This document shows positions 27,596 through 37,886 of a stretch of 64,000 bases of DNA, one piece after another. The stretch lies in the sequence record MT811961.1; one strand, given 5' to 3'. Made by a program: the position numbers and the translations under genes. The notes under the pieces are model-generated. The model was not told the origin of the DNA and searched no databases. It was given only the letters and a program-made list of their open reading frames with translations. How positions within the stretch are numbered: position 1 is the stretch's first letter; every line of letters begins with the position of its first letter.

Positions 27596-30500
27596 TTAAC
27601 TACCCAAGTTTACTACAGGTGTCAGATTGGCTGACTGTCCTGCTTTCTTGGACTTCGTTTTACTTGCGTTACCGCCATCGATCACAACTGGCTCTTTGTT
27701 GTTAATCGCCTCGGTCAAGAGTCCGATTGCTTTAATCAGTTCGTCTTGCTTATTGGCAATTGTTTCCAAGTGGCCTGTTTGTGTCTTAAGTTCAGCAGTA
27801 GACTTACCAGTTGCATTGCCCAGGTTGGCCAATTGCTTGTTGGTTGCATCTCGCTGTGCGGTATCGAGCGTTTCTTTTGCAATTTGAGTCGGCATGAATG
27901 CACGTTTGTTATCATCGGTTTTCTTGATGACTTCTTCCGGCATTGCATTTGGATTGGCCGCAGTCTCGATTGTATCGATCCCTTCTATCGACTTCTCCGG
28001 ATCCGCCTTCTGTTCTTTGCGTATGTCGCGCTCTTGAGTCTTCGCCTGTTCTGCCTCTTTCGAGCCATTGACGATGTATTTAAGTGGGTCATAGGCGTTA
28101 GTATCATTCCACATACCGTCGCGTAATTCGAAGTGCAAGTGTACACCACGAGAATGGCCCGTGTTACCCATTGTCCCTAATAGGTCACCCTGTTTAACAC
28201 GATCGCCTTTTCTTAATCCAGAAGCAAAGCTATGTAGGTGTGCATAACGAGTATGCCAACCACCTGGATGTCGAATGTAAATACACTTGCCGTAAGACTT
28301 ACTGTATTCGCGACGCATTATAATCCCGTCGGCTGCGGCTACAATAGGAGAGCCCTCGTAGTCTGCCCAGTCGACACCCTTGTGCATGTGTTGACGTCCA
28401 TTGACCGGACGCATACCAAACGGAGAAGTTAATCGTCCGCCACATGGCTTAATAAGCTTAATTTTCTTGCCGCCGAATTGTTCTTCTTTGGACATTACTC
28501 CTTTACGAAGATTTTCCAATGAAGTCTTTTGGGTGGCCTTAGCTTGTGTATTGTTCTTTGATGCTACAATAGGAACATCGTCAACTTTATTGGCTGCTTG
28601 CTTGGCTTTCTCTGCCTCAGCATAAGCGCGATAAGCTGCACTAGTCGATTGTACTGCCGTACTGTCGCCATGAGCTTCTTTTAAAGTCTTACCAGCTTCA
28701 CGTGTTTGTTTCGTTACGTCTGTTTTACCAGAGTACTTCGCAATCAAGCTATCGTGGTAGATTTTAACTTCTGCTTCTGTCAGTAGTCGGTCAATCATTG
28801 GAGCTGCTGAACCAGTATACTGAAGCGGCTGCTTGCCAGAGAATGCATTTACTTTCTTAAGGAAGCGGATGATGTCTTTGTCATCGATCTCGTCATCTAT
28901 GTCGAATAGATCTAACTTACGATCAATTTCAAATACTGCTTTGGCATGAAGTGACAGTACCGGAGCAACACGCATACGAATCCAATCAGCAAAGTTACCG
29001 ATCTCCGCGCGGTTGTCCATGCTCACACCCCAGAAGTCAGCAATCTCTTCCCAATCAATATCGCTCGTATTAACTTTTAGTCTCGTACCAGTTTTACTGA
29101 CTGATTTGTAAAGCACCTTCTCGGTATTACGAATGGCTGCAAGGTAATCCCCATTTTCTGGGTCAAGACCATACTGCATGAAACGTAGCTTTTCCAGTTC
29201 TTCTGCATCGGAGCGTTCATAGAAGTATTCTCCGATTTCCCAAACCGTCCAAGCTGCACCAGCCGCTGCCAAAGCAGGAGCTGCAATGCCACCCAATACT
29301 GCACCACCGGCTGCAAGTAAACCTTTCTTAACAATCTGACCACCTACTGCTTTAGCAATACGCGTACCAGCTGCACCGACTAGTCCTTTAGCACCACGAA
29401 TAGCCGCACCGCCAAACTTGCCGATCTTGCCTAGTTTACCTAACTTACCAGCCTTGCGTCCTCGACCAGTCATATCGCCCGCTACATCGGCGGCATCACC
29501 CAAACCACCGGCGATACTATTTGCAGTCTTGGCCATGAACATGCGTTCCATCCAAGCTTTGGCTGTACCAACCAAACCACTCAGACTTGTACCGATTACA
29601 CTAAGACCCATCAGCAACTTACCCCATGGGCTATCGTCGTCTTTGGCTTCTTCTTTAGCAATCTGTTCCACATCTTCAGTAGTCGCACCTTCACGTCTAC
29701 GTTGGATTCGATCCATCAGTGAGTTATCACGATCACCGTCACCATCAGTATCTCCGGATTTCTTCGCTGGTTTACCTTGGTCAACCAAAGTTTGCAGGAG
29801 CGTCTCTGTAGGAGACGCAGTTCCCATTGGCCAGCGTTCCATCATGAAGCTAAGGATGCCGTGTAGGTATTGTTCACTTCTTCCAGCTGGAGCATCGCTG
29901 TCGCCAGTCTCACTAATGCCTGTATTTGGTCCGACGCCACGAATGCCGTCTAAGACCGCCATTGGCAATTTAACGGCACCTTTGGTCAAAGCAAGGCCAA
30001 TGTCCACGCCACCTTTAACAGCGGCAACACCGAGGCCTACAGAGCCTTTAACGGCACTCCAGCCTAACTGCACACTTCTCTTAGCTAGCTGGAAGGCACG
30101 GTTAGCATCAATAGGTACACCAAAGCGGTCCACCAGTCCACGAAGGATCTGTTGATGTGATAGAACGACGTTGCCGTCTCGGTCAAATACCTGTCCATCG
30201 ATATCAGAAGGTTTCGTAATAGGAGTACCATTCTCACTGTAGTAGCCGCCTTGCTTCATCAACAATGCAGACAGTACAGGGATCTCTGGTTCACCTTTAA
30301 CGAAAACGTCCCGTGGTCGATCAAGCATCTTGTTAAGTAGCTTAACCGGAACACCGACTGCCGCACGCATTGCTGCAAAGGCCATTCGATATTGAATGCC
30401 AATAGCACCGCCCACCATATTGAGGCCACTGCCTACAATGTTCGTTAATGCAGATAGTTTGCTACCTTGGCGGTCATAGAGGTTAGAAGCCGCATCCTCG

Positions 30501-33391
30501 GCAGAGATAATCTCATTGCCCTCAGAGTCAACCACTTGTCCAGTGATGTCTTTTAAGCTTCGTACTGGATTGCCTGAATTGACGTCGATGAAGCGACCAG
30601 CTTTAAGATCGCCAATATTAATTACTGGCGTTGAGCTGCCTGCGATATAAATATCACGAGGTCTGAAACGATCACCTAGAATGCCTAGTGCACCACCGAC
30701 TGCGTTTAATCCGCCGCCGACAATACTACCACCAGCACCGATACCGGCTGCCGTCATCTTGTAAACACCAGACGTATAGCTACTTAGTAGATTTAGACCC
30801 GCGGAGGTTATAGCAGAGCCACCTCCAATAATCTTACTCATCAGTCCTTCTGGTGCCTGAACCTCTACAGTTAGGTCTTTCTGGAAGATCATGTTAAGAA
30901 GTTCTGCTTGAGTAACAAATCCGCGTTCTACCATTTCGAACATGTTGTTACGCCAACCATCATCCTGTGGACCAGTTGGAGCACCGGTGTCCACCATCGG
31001 CTGTGTACTGCCGAATTGACTTACCACATGAACAGGAACACCTTCGATCTTATCGCGAACTACTGTAAACATTTTCCAGAAGTCAAATGCCGTTGCTGCT
31101 CCCGAAGGAGTATAGTCCATATTACCACGCTGTTCTGTAGTAGGGCGACGACCAGCAGACTGCATCTCTTCAAATGGGTTGTCCATTCGTTCTGGTACTT
31201 TCTGTTCACCGAACATTAGTTCGTCACGGATTTCATTCTGACCACGTAGGTTTTGGTTACGTGTAATGATACCGGTGGACTGTAGAGTATCTGTTGCACC
31301 AGCTGCATACAAGCGGTTAATCTGATTTTGCATATCATGGAAAACATTACCAGTCTCACGAGCTGCTTTAGCAATAATACGGTCATTTTCACGTGGGTTG
31401 TTTTCTGAGCTGTCAATTACCTTCTGGATCTCTTCAGCAATCTCTGGTCCAAAACCACGCTGTGCAAATGCAGCAGCCATTTCTTCGAACTTAGGGCGAG
31501 TTGCCTCAAGTGCATTATCCGTGAACCATAGTTCCAGTGCATTAAGTGCTTCTTTTGAAACCGCTTCTGCGCTTGGGTTGATACGACGCAAAGCATCCTT
31601 AGCAATCATTGTCTTACGAAGACCACTGTCTTGACCGGCAGCCAGACGATCAATAATATCGTTTTGGCCATCGGTAGTACCACTTGCTTTTGTCAACGCT
31701 TGGTCGATACGCTTACCCATGCGCTCATTGCCAGTATCGAAGAAATGGTCGACAATACTGAAAGCATTGATTTCCTTACCAGCTTCACGAAACTCTTTGA
31801 TTGTACCAATAAGACTATCGACAACCTTAGGGTCCATAGGACGACCGCCGTTCAAGAGCTTCATTACTTCTAGCTCTTGTTCACGTCTCGTTTTACCTGC
31901 GGAACCTTGAATCATGTTCATTGCGGTTTGGGCGGCTTCTGCTTCTGTTGTAAATGTTTCAGTATTTACATCGTAAACAACTCGCTCGACACCAGGTCCA
32001 TTATTAAAGATCATTGTTTGTTCTAGGATTCTGGAAAGGAATCCAGGAATGATCTCGATAATAGACTTACGAGTAATCTCGTCAAAGTATCGTTCTTTTG
32101 TAGCCCCATCACCAGCAAGGTTGTTGCTGATACCTAAGGAGATATCATCCATGCGTGGAATCAGAGCACGTAACTCATCGGCCATTGCCTCGGAGCGAAT
32201 GCGTCCAAGGAACGGGAATTTTTCTACGATCTCTTCTGGGAAGCCACCGTCCCAATTATCCAGAGCTTCTTGTAGTTCACTTGGATAGTTCTCAGCATAG
32301 AATGCTAGCTCTTGTCCATACTTAGCGATCTTTGGGTACTTGTTGAGTATTCGACGGAATCTATCCCCAAGGGCTTCGCCGCCATATTCTGCGGCCATGG
32401 AAACACCCATGCCACCTACCATTTCCAGTGGGTTGATTTCATCACCCATTCCGGACATAGCGCCAGTGGCCTCGCCAATGGTTTCTGCAAACTCGACAAC
32501 ACTGCCTACGACTTCATTTAGTCGATTCTGAATGTTTTCTTGTAGCCTACCGCCAAAGTTACGGAAGTAATCACTTGCTTTTTCGGATACCTTGCCAAAG
32601 ATACGGTTTTGTGCCTCTTCAGAATAACCCTCCATTAACGTTTGTTTTGCGAAGTCAGGAAGAGAGGTATTCTTAACGAGAGCCTTGTTACTTGACTGAC
32701 TATCGGCAGCAAATGCTTTCGTTGTCGCTACTAGTTCTTGTTGTCCAAAGAACATGCGTTGTTGCAGTTCTAAAGACTTGCGCATATAGTTGTACTGGAT
32801 TGAATCTTGGAAAGAAGTCAAACGATTCAGTTCAGCTACAATTGCATTTGTATTTTGTTTACCCGCTACGAGTTCTGTTTCAAGTAGCTTGGCATCTTTT
32901 TCTTTGTTCTCGTTATCGCGAGTAAAGATAGAATTAAGTACCGCATCGACAGCATTGTCTTGCGGATTTTGGGATGTTAGATTTGAACGCGTCTCTTCTT
33001 CTTCTGGTCTTAGAAAGCTAGCAATGGAGTCCATCTTGAATCCAAGGAAGGATTCTTTTTTGCTAGTTTCAGCCATCTCTGCCAAGTCTTTACGAATGGC
33101 ATCAAATGGTCCTTTTAACTGCTTCTTCGTGTCATTGTATAGAGATGTTGCATCTCTTGTCAAATTGCGAACTGAAGTAAGTGCAGTACCATAACCTTCT
33201 GGTAAAGAGTTTTCTAGGACAACGCGAGCCACATCAGCTTGCATGTCTTGATCAAGGACAGATTCCAAAGCACCGTCAAACAGTGCTTGTATGGGTTCGC
33301 GCTTATCTTCATCGACATCATCGATTCCGAAATCATCGCTCCACAGGTCGTCCATATCTAGGTCGTCATCATCGAGATTGAATTCGCTCAC
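27596..33391 (-). CDS. Giant tail (tape-measure-like) protein with a C-terminal M23 peptidase (1931 aa; phiKZ gp181 position)
   Basis: Long helical and Gly/Ala-rich segments. M23/LytM motifs HKGVD, YAHL and HLHFE lie at about 28065-28465. The gene is divergent from the virion RNAP genes. Confidence 0.85.
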   Translation of the reverse strand: MSEFNLDDDDLDMDDLWSDDFGIDDVDEDKREPIQALFDGALESVLDQDMQADVARVVLENSLPEGYGTALTSVRNLTRDATSLYNDTKKQLKGPFDAIRKDLAEMAETSKKESFLGFKMDSIASFLRPEEEETRSNLTSQNPQDNAVDAVLNSIFTRDNENKEKDAKLLETELVAGKQNTNAIVAELNRLTSFQDSIQYNYMRKSLELQQRMFFGQQELVATTKAFAADSQSSNKALVKNTSLPDFAKQTLMEGYSEEAQNRIFGKVSEKASDYFRNFGGRLQENIQNRLNEVVGSVVEFAETIGEATGAMSGMGDEINPLEMVGGMGVSMAAEYGGEALGDRFRRILNKYPKIAKYGQELAFYAENYPSELQEALDNWDGGFPEEIVEKFPFLGRIRSEAMADELRALIPRMDDISLGISNNLAGDGATKERYFDEITRKSIIEIIPGFLSRILEQTMIFNNGPGVERVVYDVNTETFTTEAEAAQTAMNMIQGSAGKTRREQELEVMKLLNGGRPMDPKVVDSLIGTIKEFREAGKEINAFSIVDHFFDTGNERMGKRIDQALTKASGTTDGQNDIIDRLAAGQDSGLRKTMIAKDALRRINPSAEAVSKEALNALELWFTDNALEATRPKFEEMAAAFAQRGFGPEIAEEIQKVIDSSENNPRENDRIIAKAARETGNVFHDMQNQINRLYAAGATDTLQSTGIITRNQNLRGQNEIRDELMFGEQKVPERMDNPFEEMQSAGRRPTTEQRGNMDYTPSGAATAFDFWKMFTVVRDKIEGVPVHVVSQFGSTQPMVDTGAPTGPQDDGWRNNMFEMVERGFVTQAELLNMIFQKDLTVEVQAPEGLMSKIIGGGSAITSAGLNLLSSYTSGVYKMTAAGIGAGGSIVGGGLNAVGGALGILGDRFRPRDIYIAGSSTPVINIGDLKAGRFIDVNSGNPVRSLKDITGQVVDSEGNEIISAEDAASNLYDRQGSKLSALTNIVGSGLNMVGGAIGIQYRMAFAAMRAAVGVPVKLLNKMLDRPRDVFVKGEPEIPVLSALLMKQGGYYSENGTPITKPSDIDGQVFDRDGNVVLSHQQILRGLVDRFGVPIDANRAFQLAKRSVQLGWSAVKGSVGLGVAAVKGGVDIGLALTKGAVKLPMAVLDGIRGVGPNTGISETGDSDAPAGRSEQYLHGILSFMMERWPMGTASPTETLLQTLVDQGKPAKKSGDTDGDGDRDNSLMDRIQRRREGATTEDVEQIAKEEAKDDDSPWGKLLMGLSVIGTSLSGLVGTAKAWMERMFMAKTANSIAGGLGDAADVAGDMTGRGRKAGKLGKLGKIGKFGGAAIRGAKGLVGAAGTRIAKAVGGQIVKKGLLAAGGAVLGGIAAPALAAAGAAWTVWEIGEYFYERSDAEELEKLRFMQYGLDPENGDYLAAIRNTEKVLYKSVSKTGTRLKVNTSDIDWEEIADFWGVSMDNRAEIGNFADWIRMRVAPVLSLHAKAVFEIDRKLDLFDIDDEIDDKDIIRFLKKVNAFSGKQPLQYTGSAAPMIDRLLTEAEVKIYHDSLIAKYSGKTDVTKQTREAGKTLKEAHGDSTAVQSTSAAYRAYAEAEKAKQAANKVDDVPIVASKNNTQAKATQKTSLENLRKGVMSKEEQFGGKKIKLIKPCGGRLTSPFGMRPVNGRQHMHKGVDWADYEGSPIVAAADGIIMRREYSKSYGKCIYIRHPGGWHTRYAHLHSFASGLRKGDRVKQGDLLGTMGNTGHSRGVHLHFELRDGMWNDTNAYDPLKYIVNGSKEAEQAKTQERDIRKEQKADPEKSIEGIDTIETAANPNAMPEEVIKKTDDNKRAFMPTQIAKETLDTAQRDATNKQLANLGNATGKSTAELKTQTGHLETIANKQDELIKAIGLLTEAINNKEPVVIDGGNASKTKSKKAGQSANLTPVVNLGS

Positions 33392-33457
33392 GACATTCCC
33401 CTTTAATTGTGTACGGTCTATTTGATTTGGCCGCTTCGAAAACCAGGAGTTATACCA

Positions 33458-34933
33458 ATGCCAAAAGCGTCTCTTAAACTGAGACAGATCCCGTTCAACA
33501 TAAGTTTGTTGGACAATAGCAGAGGACGACTGAAAACATTACTGCCAGTACGTTCTTTGTCTACGATGGATCACTTGTCTTCAGACTTTCAACAAGATGG
33601 TTTATATTCCACTCTGATCTTTGGTCAACAGGGCACACCACAGCGCGATAAACGACGCAGTTACATCGACCTGAAAGTTCCTGTCTTTAACCCAATTTAC
33701 TTTAAAGAACTTAAACGACTTAAGTCTCTTTACACTGATATCATCCTTGGTCGCGAATACGCCGTATGGGACGAAAAAGAAAAAGATTTCGTTCGTTCTA
33801 AAGAAGGCATCCTAGATGGTCAAACTGGTTTCAGTTTCTTTTTGAGTCACTTTAATGAACTCGAGTTTAAACAAGGTGAATCGAAAGAACGTCAACTTCG
33901 TATCGAGGTACTTGAAGAATATCGCTCAGTGGCCTTGGTAGACTTCCTACCTGTACTGCCTGCTGGTTTGCGTGACGTTCAGTTTGACGAAGCCTCTGGT
34001 CGTCCAGTAGAAGAAGAGATCGGTCCATTGTACCGAAAAGCAATCTCTGCTACTAATGCAATTCCAGTTGGTCTGGATGACAAAAACAGTCCATTATTTG
34101 ATGGTCCACGTCGTTCGGTACAGATTGCCATCAATGGTATCTCAGAATACATCATCAACATCCTTGCAGGTAAGAAAGGTTTCCTTTCTGGTAAGTTTGG
34201 TTCTCGTCGTGTATTCGGTACTACTCGTAACGTATTGACCTCAATGGAAACAGGTTCTGAGTTCTTGGGTGACGATCGTCAACCTGACTTGAGTACGACC
34301 ATCAATGGTCTCTTCCAGTTCATGAAGGGCGTAGAACCAATCCTTGCTTTGAACAAACTTCCTAAAGGTTTCCTTGTTGACTTCATTGAGAACATTGACC
34401 AAACGGTTAGTCTTATCAATCGGGACACATGGAAAGCAGAAGATACTGTGGTATCGCCAAAACAGCGCGATAAATGGGGCACTAAGCAAGGCCGTGAAAA
34501 ATTGATCAACGGCTTTAAGAATGCGAAGTCTCGTCACAAACCTATTATGGTTGACGGCTACTATCTCAAACTTATCTATCGCGATGACAAGTACTTCAAG
34601 GTTATGAACTCTATTGATGAGTTACCTGAAGGCTATCCGAAAGAAAACGTATCTCCGATGACATGGGTAGAAATGTTCTATCTTCATTGTGCGGAGATCA
34701 TGCCTAACGTTCGTGTGTTCAATACACGATATCCTGTAACTGGTCTTGGCTCAAACTACCCGAGTGAAATCTACATCAAGTCCACGAACACGGGGTATCG
34801 TCTAAAACAACTAGATGACAATTGGGCAGAAACTGACAACGAGGTTTTGGAATATCCGAAACCAGGCATGTCGTTCTACGAATCAATGGCAGTTCATCCA
34901 TCGTTCCTCTCCGGCCTAGGTGCTGATTTCGAT
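33458..34933 (+). CDS. Virion RNA polymerase beta-prime subunit (phiKZ gp180-like), exon 1 (492 codons)
   Basis: GKKGFLSGKFGSRRVFGTTRNV corresponds to beta-prime GKxGRFRxNLLGKRVDYSGRSV. The exon ends in ...GLGADFD, the first part of the catalytic motif. ATG 33458 has an AGGAG SD. Confidence 0.88.
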
Positions 34934-36327
34934 TTAACCTGGGACGAGCATATCTATTAACAACTTTATAGTTGAGTCTAACCATATGGACTTATAACAA
35001 AGAGTTAAAAGATATAGAATGAATGCCAAAGAAATACCAGACTACACTGGCTATGTTATTGACGCCATCGGCGTCATAAAAAATAAGACTACTGGAAATT
35101 TACTAAAAACCTACGTAAATGACGCTGGTTATCCTGTGCTTCGCATAAAACATGACAAGCGCGGTCATGCCATAGTTCGTTTGCATAGACTCGTTGCATT
35201 GACACATAACAATCCACCACCCAATCACGAGGAAATGGTTGTTAATCACATCAATGGCGATAAAACCGACCCAAGAAGTGTAAATTTGGAATGGCTCACC
35301 AAACGAGAAAACAATATCCATGCGATTTTGACCGATCTCAATAAGGACGCCATCGACATACAAATAAAATCACTTGAAGACGGTCGAGAGTTTATTTTTG
35401 AATCTCTTACTCGTGCTGCACTCTTCTTCAAATGGCCACCGACTAAGTCTAGAACTTGGTTAAAATACGGACACGTTGATCCAGAAGGCAAATATGTCTT
35501 TAAATATGTTTGTGATCCCAGAGATTTTGAAACATTAAAAGACACCAAGTACGTAACGGCAAAAGAACTACCACGGAAAAAAGTTTTTGACTCTGTTTTA
35601 GCGAGAGACATTAACACAGGAAAAATTTTAGAATTTAAATCTGTGTCCGCTGCTCAGCGAGAGTTAAAAGTTTCGTCTGTTGTACTGCGAAAAAGACTAC
35701 GCGAAAAAGACCAGTTTCCAATTGGTTCGTTTTCAGTCAAGTACAAAAAAGACATTACCGAATGGGAAATTTGGACGCCAGAAAGAGTAGCCAAAGAAGA
35801 TAGGTCAAACAAAAAAGTAGTCAAGGCAATTGATGAGAAGGGTAATGTGTTTACGTTTCCTAGTCTCTATGCCTTTTACGTTTTTACTGGTGGGAAATCA
35901 AGGTCCACCACGAATGTAAAAACCGCCATAGCCAAAACTGGCAAATACAAAAATTTTATAGTTACATACTAAAAATCCCTGTCGAAATAAAACTCCGTGA
36001 ATTGCTGGGACGTCACACACTATAGAAATAACCAAAACGGAATCCGAAAGGATATGCGGCAACGGTCGTCTAAAGACAGAAAAGATATTTCTATTGTCAT
36101 ATGTGTTAATAGCACTAAGTGACCAAAAGAGTGGGTATCAGCAGCTATGGGCCTAAGTATTGTCGAGATGACAAGATACGGTCAGTGTTCACAGACTATC
36201 GAAAGCGCCTTCGGGCAGTGAGTAGAGTAGCGTAAGTCCTATCACAGGCGGCGAAGTGCGGAGCCTCTAATTAGCACTGAAGAAGTGAGTAAGGTTAGAG
36301 TGATGATATAGTCGAACTAACATGTTG
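34934..36327 (+). mobile_element. Group I intron (IA-like, 1394 nt) in the vRNAP beta-prime gene
   Basis: The 5' exon ends in U and the intron ends in G. Core elements: P AATTGCTGGGA (36000), Q TATCAGCAGC (36136), R GTTCACAGACTA (36187), S ATGATATAGTC (36303), P3 CTCCGT/GCGGAG. Splicing restores GADFD|GDMLSCN. Confidence 0.9.
35019..35972 (+). CDS. Intron-encoded HNH homing endonuclease (NUMOD4-HNH-3xNUMOD1, I-HmuI-like; 317 aa)
   Basis: HRLVA...VVNHINGDKTDPRSVNLEWLTKRENNIHA; N-terminal IPDYTGYVID; three C-terminal F.S...A helix-turn-helix repeats. Confidence 0.92.
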   Translation: MNAKEIPDYTGYVIDAIGVIKNKTTGNLLKTYVNDAGYPVLRIKHDKRGHAIVRLHRLVALTHNNPPPNHEEMVVNHINGDKTDPRSVNLEWLTKRENNIHAILTDLNKDAIDIQIKSLEDGREFIFESLTRAALFFKWPPTKSRTWLKYGHVDPEGKYVFKYVCDPRDFETLKDTKYVTAKELPRKKVFDSVLARDINTGKILEFKSVSAAQRELKVSSVVLRKRLREKDQFPIGSFSVKYKKDITEWEIWTPERVAKEDRSNKKVVKAIDEKGNVFTFPSLYAFYVFTGGKSRSTTNVKTAIAKTGKYKNFIVTY

Positions 36328-36495
36328 GGGGACATGTTGTCATGTAACTACGTGTGGAGTCGTGACTCTGTACAAGAAGTAGACGAACTAATGGGAAGCT
36401 GGAAAAACTATCTATCTCCTAATGGTGGTCTAACCGTTAAATCATTCGATGACGTTTCCGAATGGGTGCTGTCATTTATGACTGGTAACGAATAG
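36328..36495 (+). CDS. Virion RNA polymerase beta-prime subunit, exon 2 (55 aa)
   Basis: Open frame GDMLSCNYVWSRDSVQEVDELMGSWKNYLSPNGGLTVKSFDDVSEWVLSFMTGNE-stop. It supplies the GD of DFDGD. Spliced product is 547 aa. Confidence 0.85.
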   Translation, partial: GDMLSCNYVWSRDSVQEVDELMGSWKNYLSPNGGLTVKSFDDVSEWVLSFMTGNE

Positions 36496-36503
36496 GAATT
36501 AAA

Positions 36504-37886
36504 ATGTTACAACTAGAATCATTTGTAAAGAAGTATGAGCATCGACTCAGCGCTTCTTTATCTACACCGAGACTTATTGATGCATGGGAAATTGAGTTGC
36601 CGCTGGGTGCTTTGATTCACCACATCAGTGACTCTCAAGCAGATATCGGTATTCGTGGTAGTCATCCCCTACTGCAAAAAGAAGAAGGCAGTGCACGAAT
36701 TGCTTTTAGTACCGAAGGTTATGGTAAGTTTGGTAACTACTCGAAAATCAACTCGAATACCAGCAGTCTAATTAAAGCTTATCGTGCTAGTCAACGCGGG
36801 ATGCAATACTTCGGCACAGTCGATCGCGCAATTGCCCGAGAAAGAGAACTGGCCGTTGTGGACTATAGTCTACTTACTCGCATGTTCCGTTACACTAACT
36901 CAGTTGGTCGTTTCTATGACGAATGGCGTAACCTAACAACTGCTATTGTTGCACAAGTCAACGACCAGACCTATCTGCGTAACCACATCATCCCAATCAA
37001 GTTCCCTTCAAACCTGCCTACCGAAGCTAACTTCAAAAAGGCTGAAGATGAACTACCGCGTGACTTAATGGATGACTTCACTGAGTCAGGTCACTTTTGG
37101 CTACGTGAACTACGTAACTTAATGCTAGGCAAGGCCGAAGTATTAAAGCTGGTTGAGCCTAAGCGTGTTTGGTTTGTTATTACCGAAGGTCGTAACAGTG
37201 TTGTATTATCAGCACAACAACTCATAGAGCGTGGTGAGTCACAAGTCACTAAGATCTATGACATGTTTGAGAAGACACTTGCTACGCGTCCTGGCGGTGA
37301 TAATGACGCATTGGCAGATGAAGATACAAGTGGCCCGGATATCACAAGCGAGGAACAGATTCTTCCTGGCACTCCAAATAGCCTTATTCGCAAAGTATCT
37401 TCACTAGCAGAAGCAGGTAAACTGACTCCTAGTCAAGCACGTGCAATGATCAATGTTCAACAACGAACAAAGCAATTGCCTAATCCCTTTGATACTTCTA
37501 AGTCCATCGAAGAAGCATCGAAGATTACTCCGGAAATGACAAAGGTTAAAGAGCGTCTTGTTTCCTCTGTTAACCCATTGTCGGTTCCATCACATGCGTT
37601 GAATGCATCGACTAACTCTCTTTATGCCGACTATGTTAAGTCAGGTCTCTATGAAGCAGACATCTTGAATATGTTACAGCATTTCTCTGCTGCTGGTGTA
37701 ATGATTCAAGACATCAAGAAAGAAGACAAAATCGATGCATTGAATGACGCGATGACTCTGAAGGTTAAGCTACTGCCGGTTAATGGTAAGTCTACTACCT
37801 TACCAATCGAGCTATTCAATGTAAACGAAGACGGTACATTCAAGGCCGACGGAGTGAGATACGCACTTGATAGCCAAAAGGTGGAT
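36504..37886 (+). CDS. Virion RNA polymerase beta subunit (phiKZ gp178-like), exon 1 (461 codons)
   Basis: The ORF ends ...RYALDSQKVD just before a TAA that begins the second intron, and joins in frame to VPIRK at 39437. Confidence 0.8.

Noticed and set aside
33407-34960. RNAP beta-prime ORF as a truncated pseudogene ending LTWDEHIY
   Set aside because: The tail is intron read-through; exon 2 at 36328-36495 restores DFDGD in frame.
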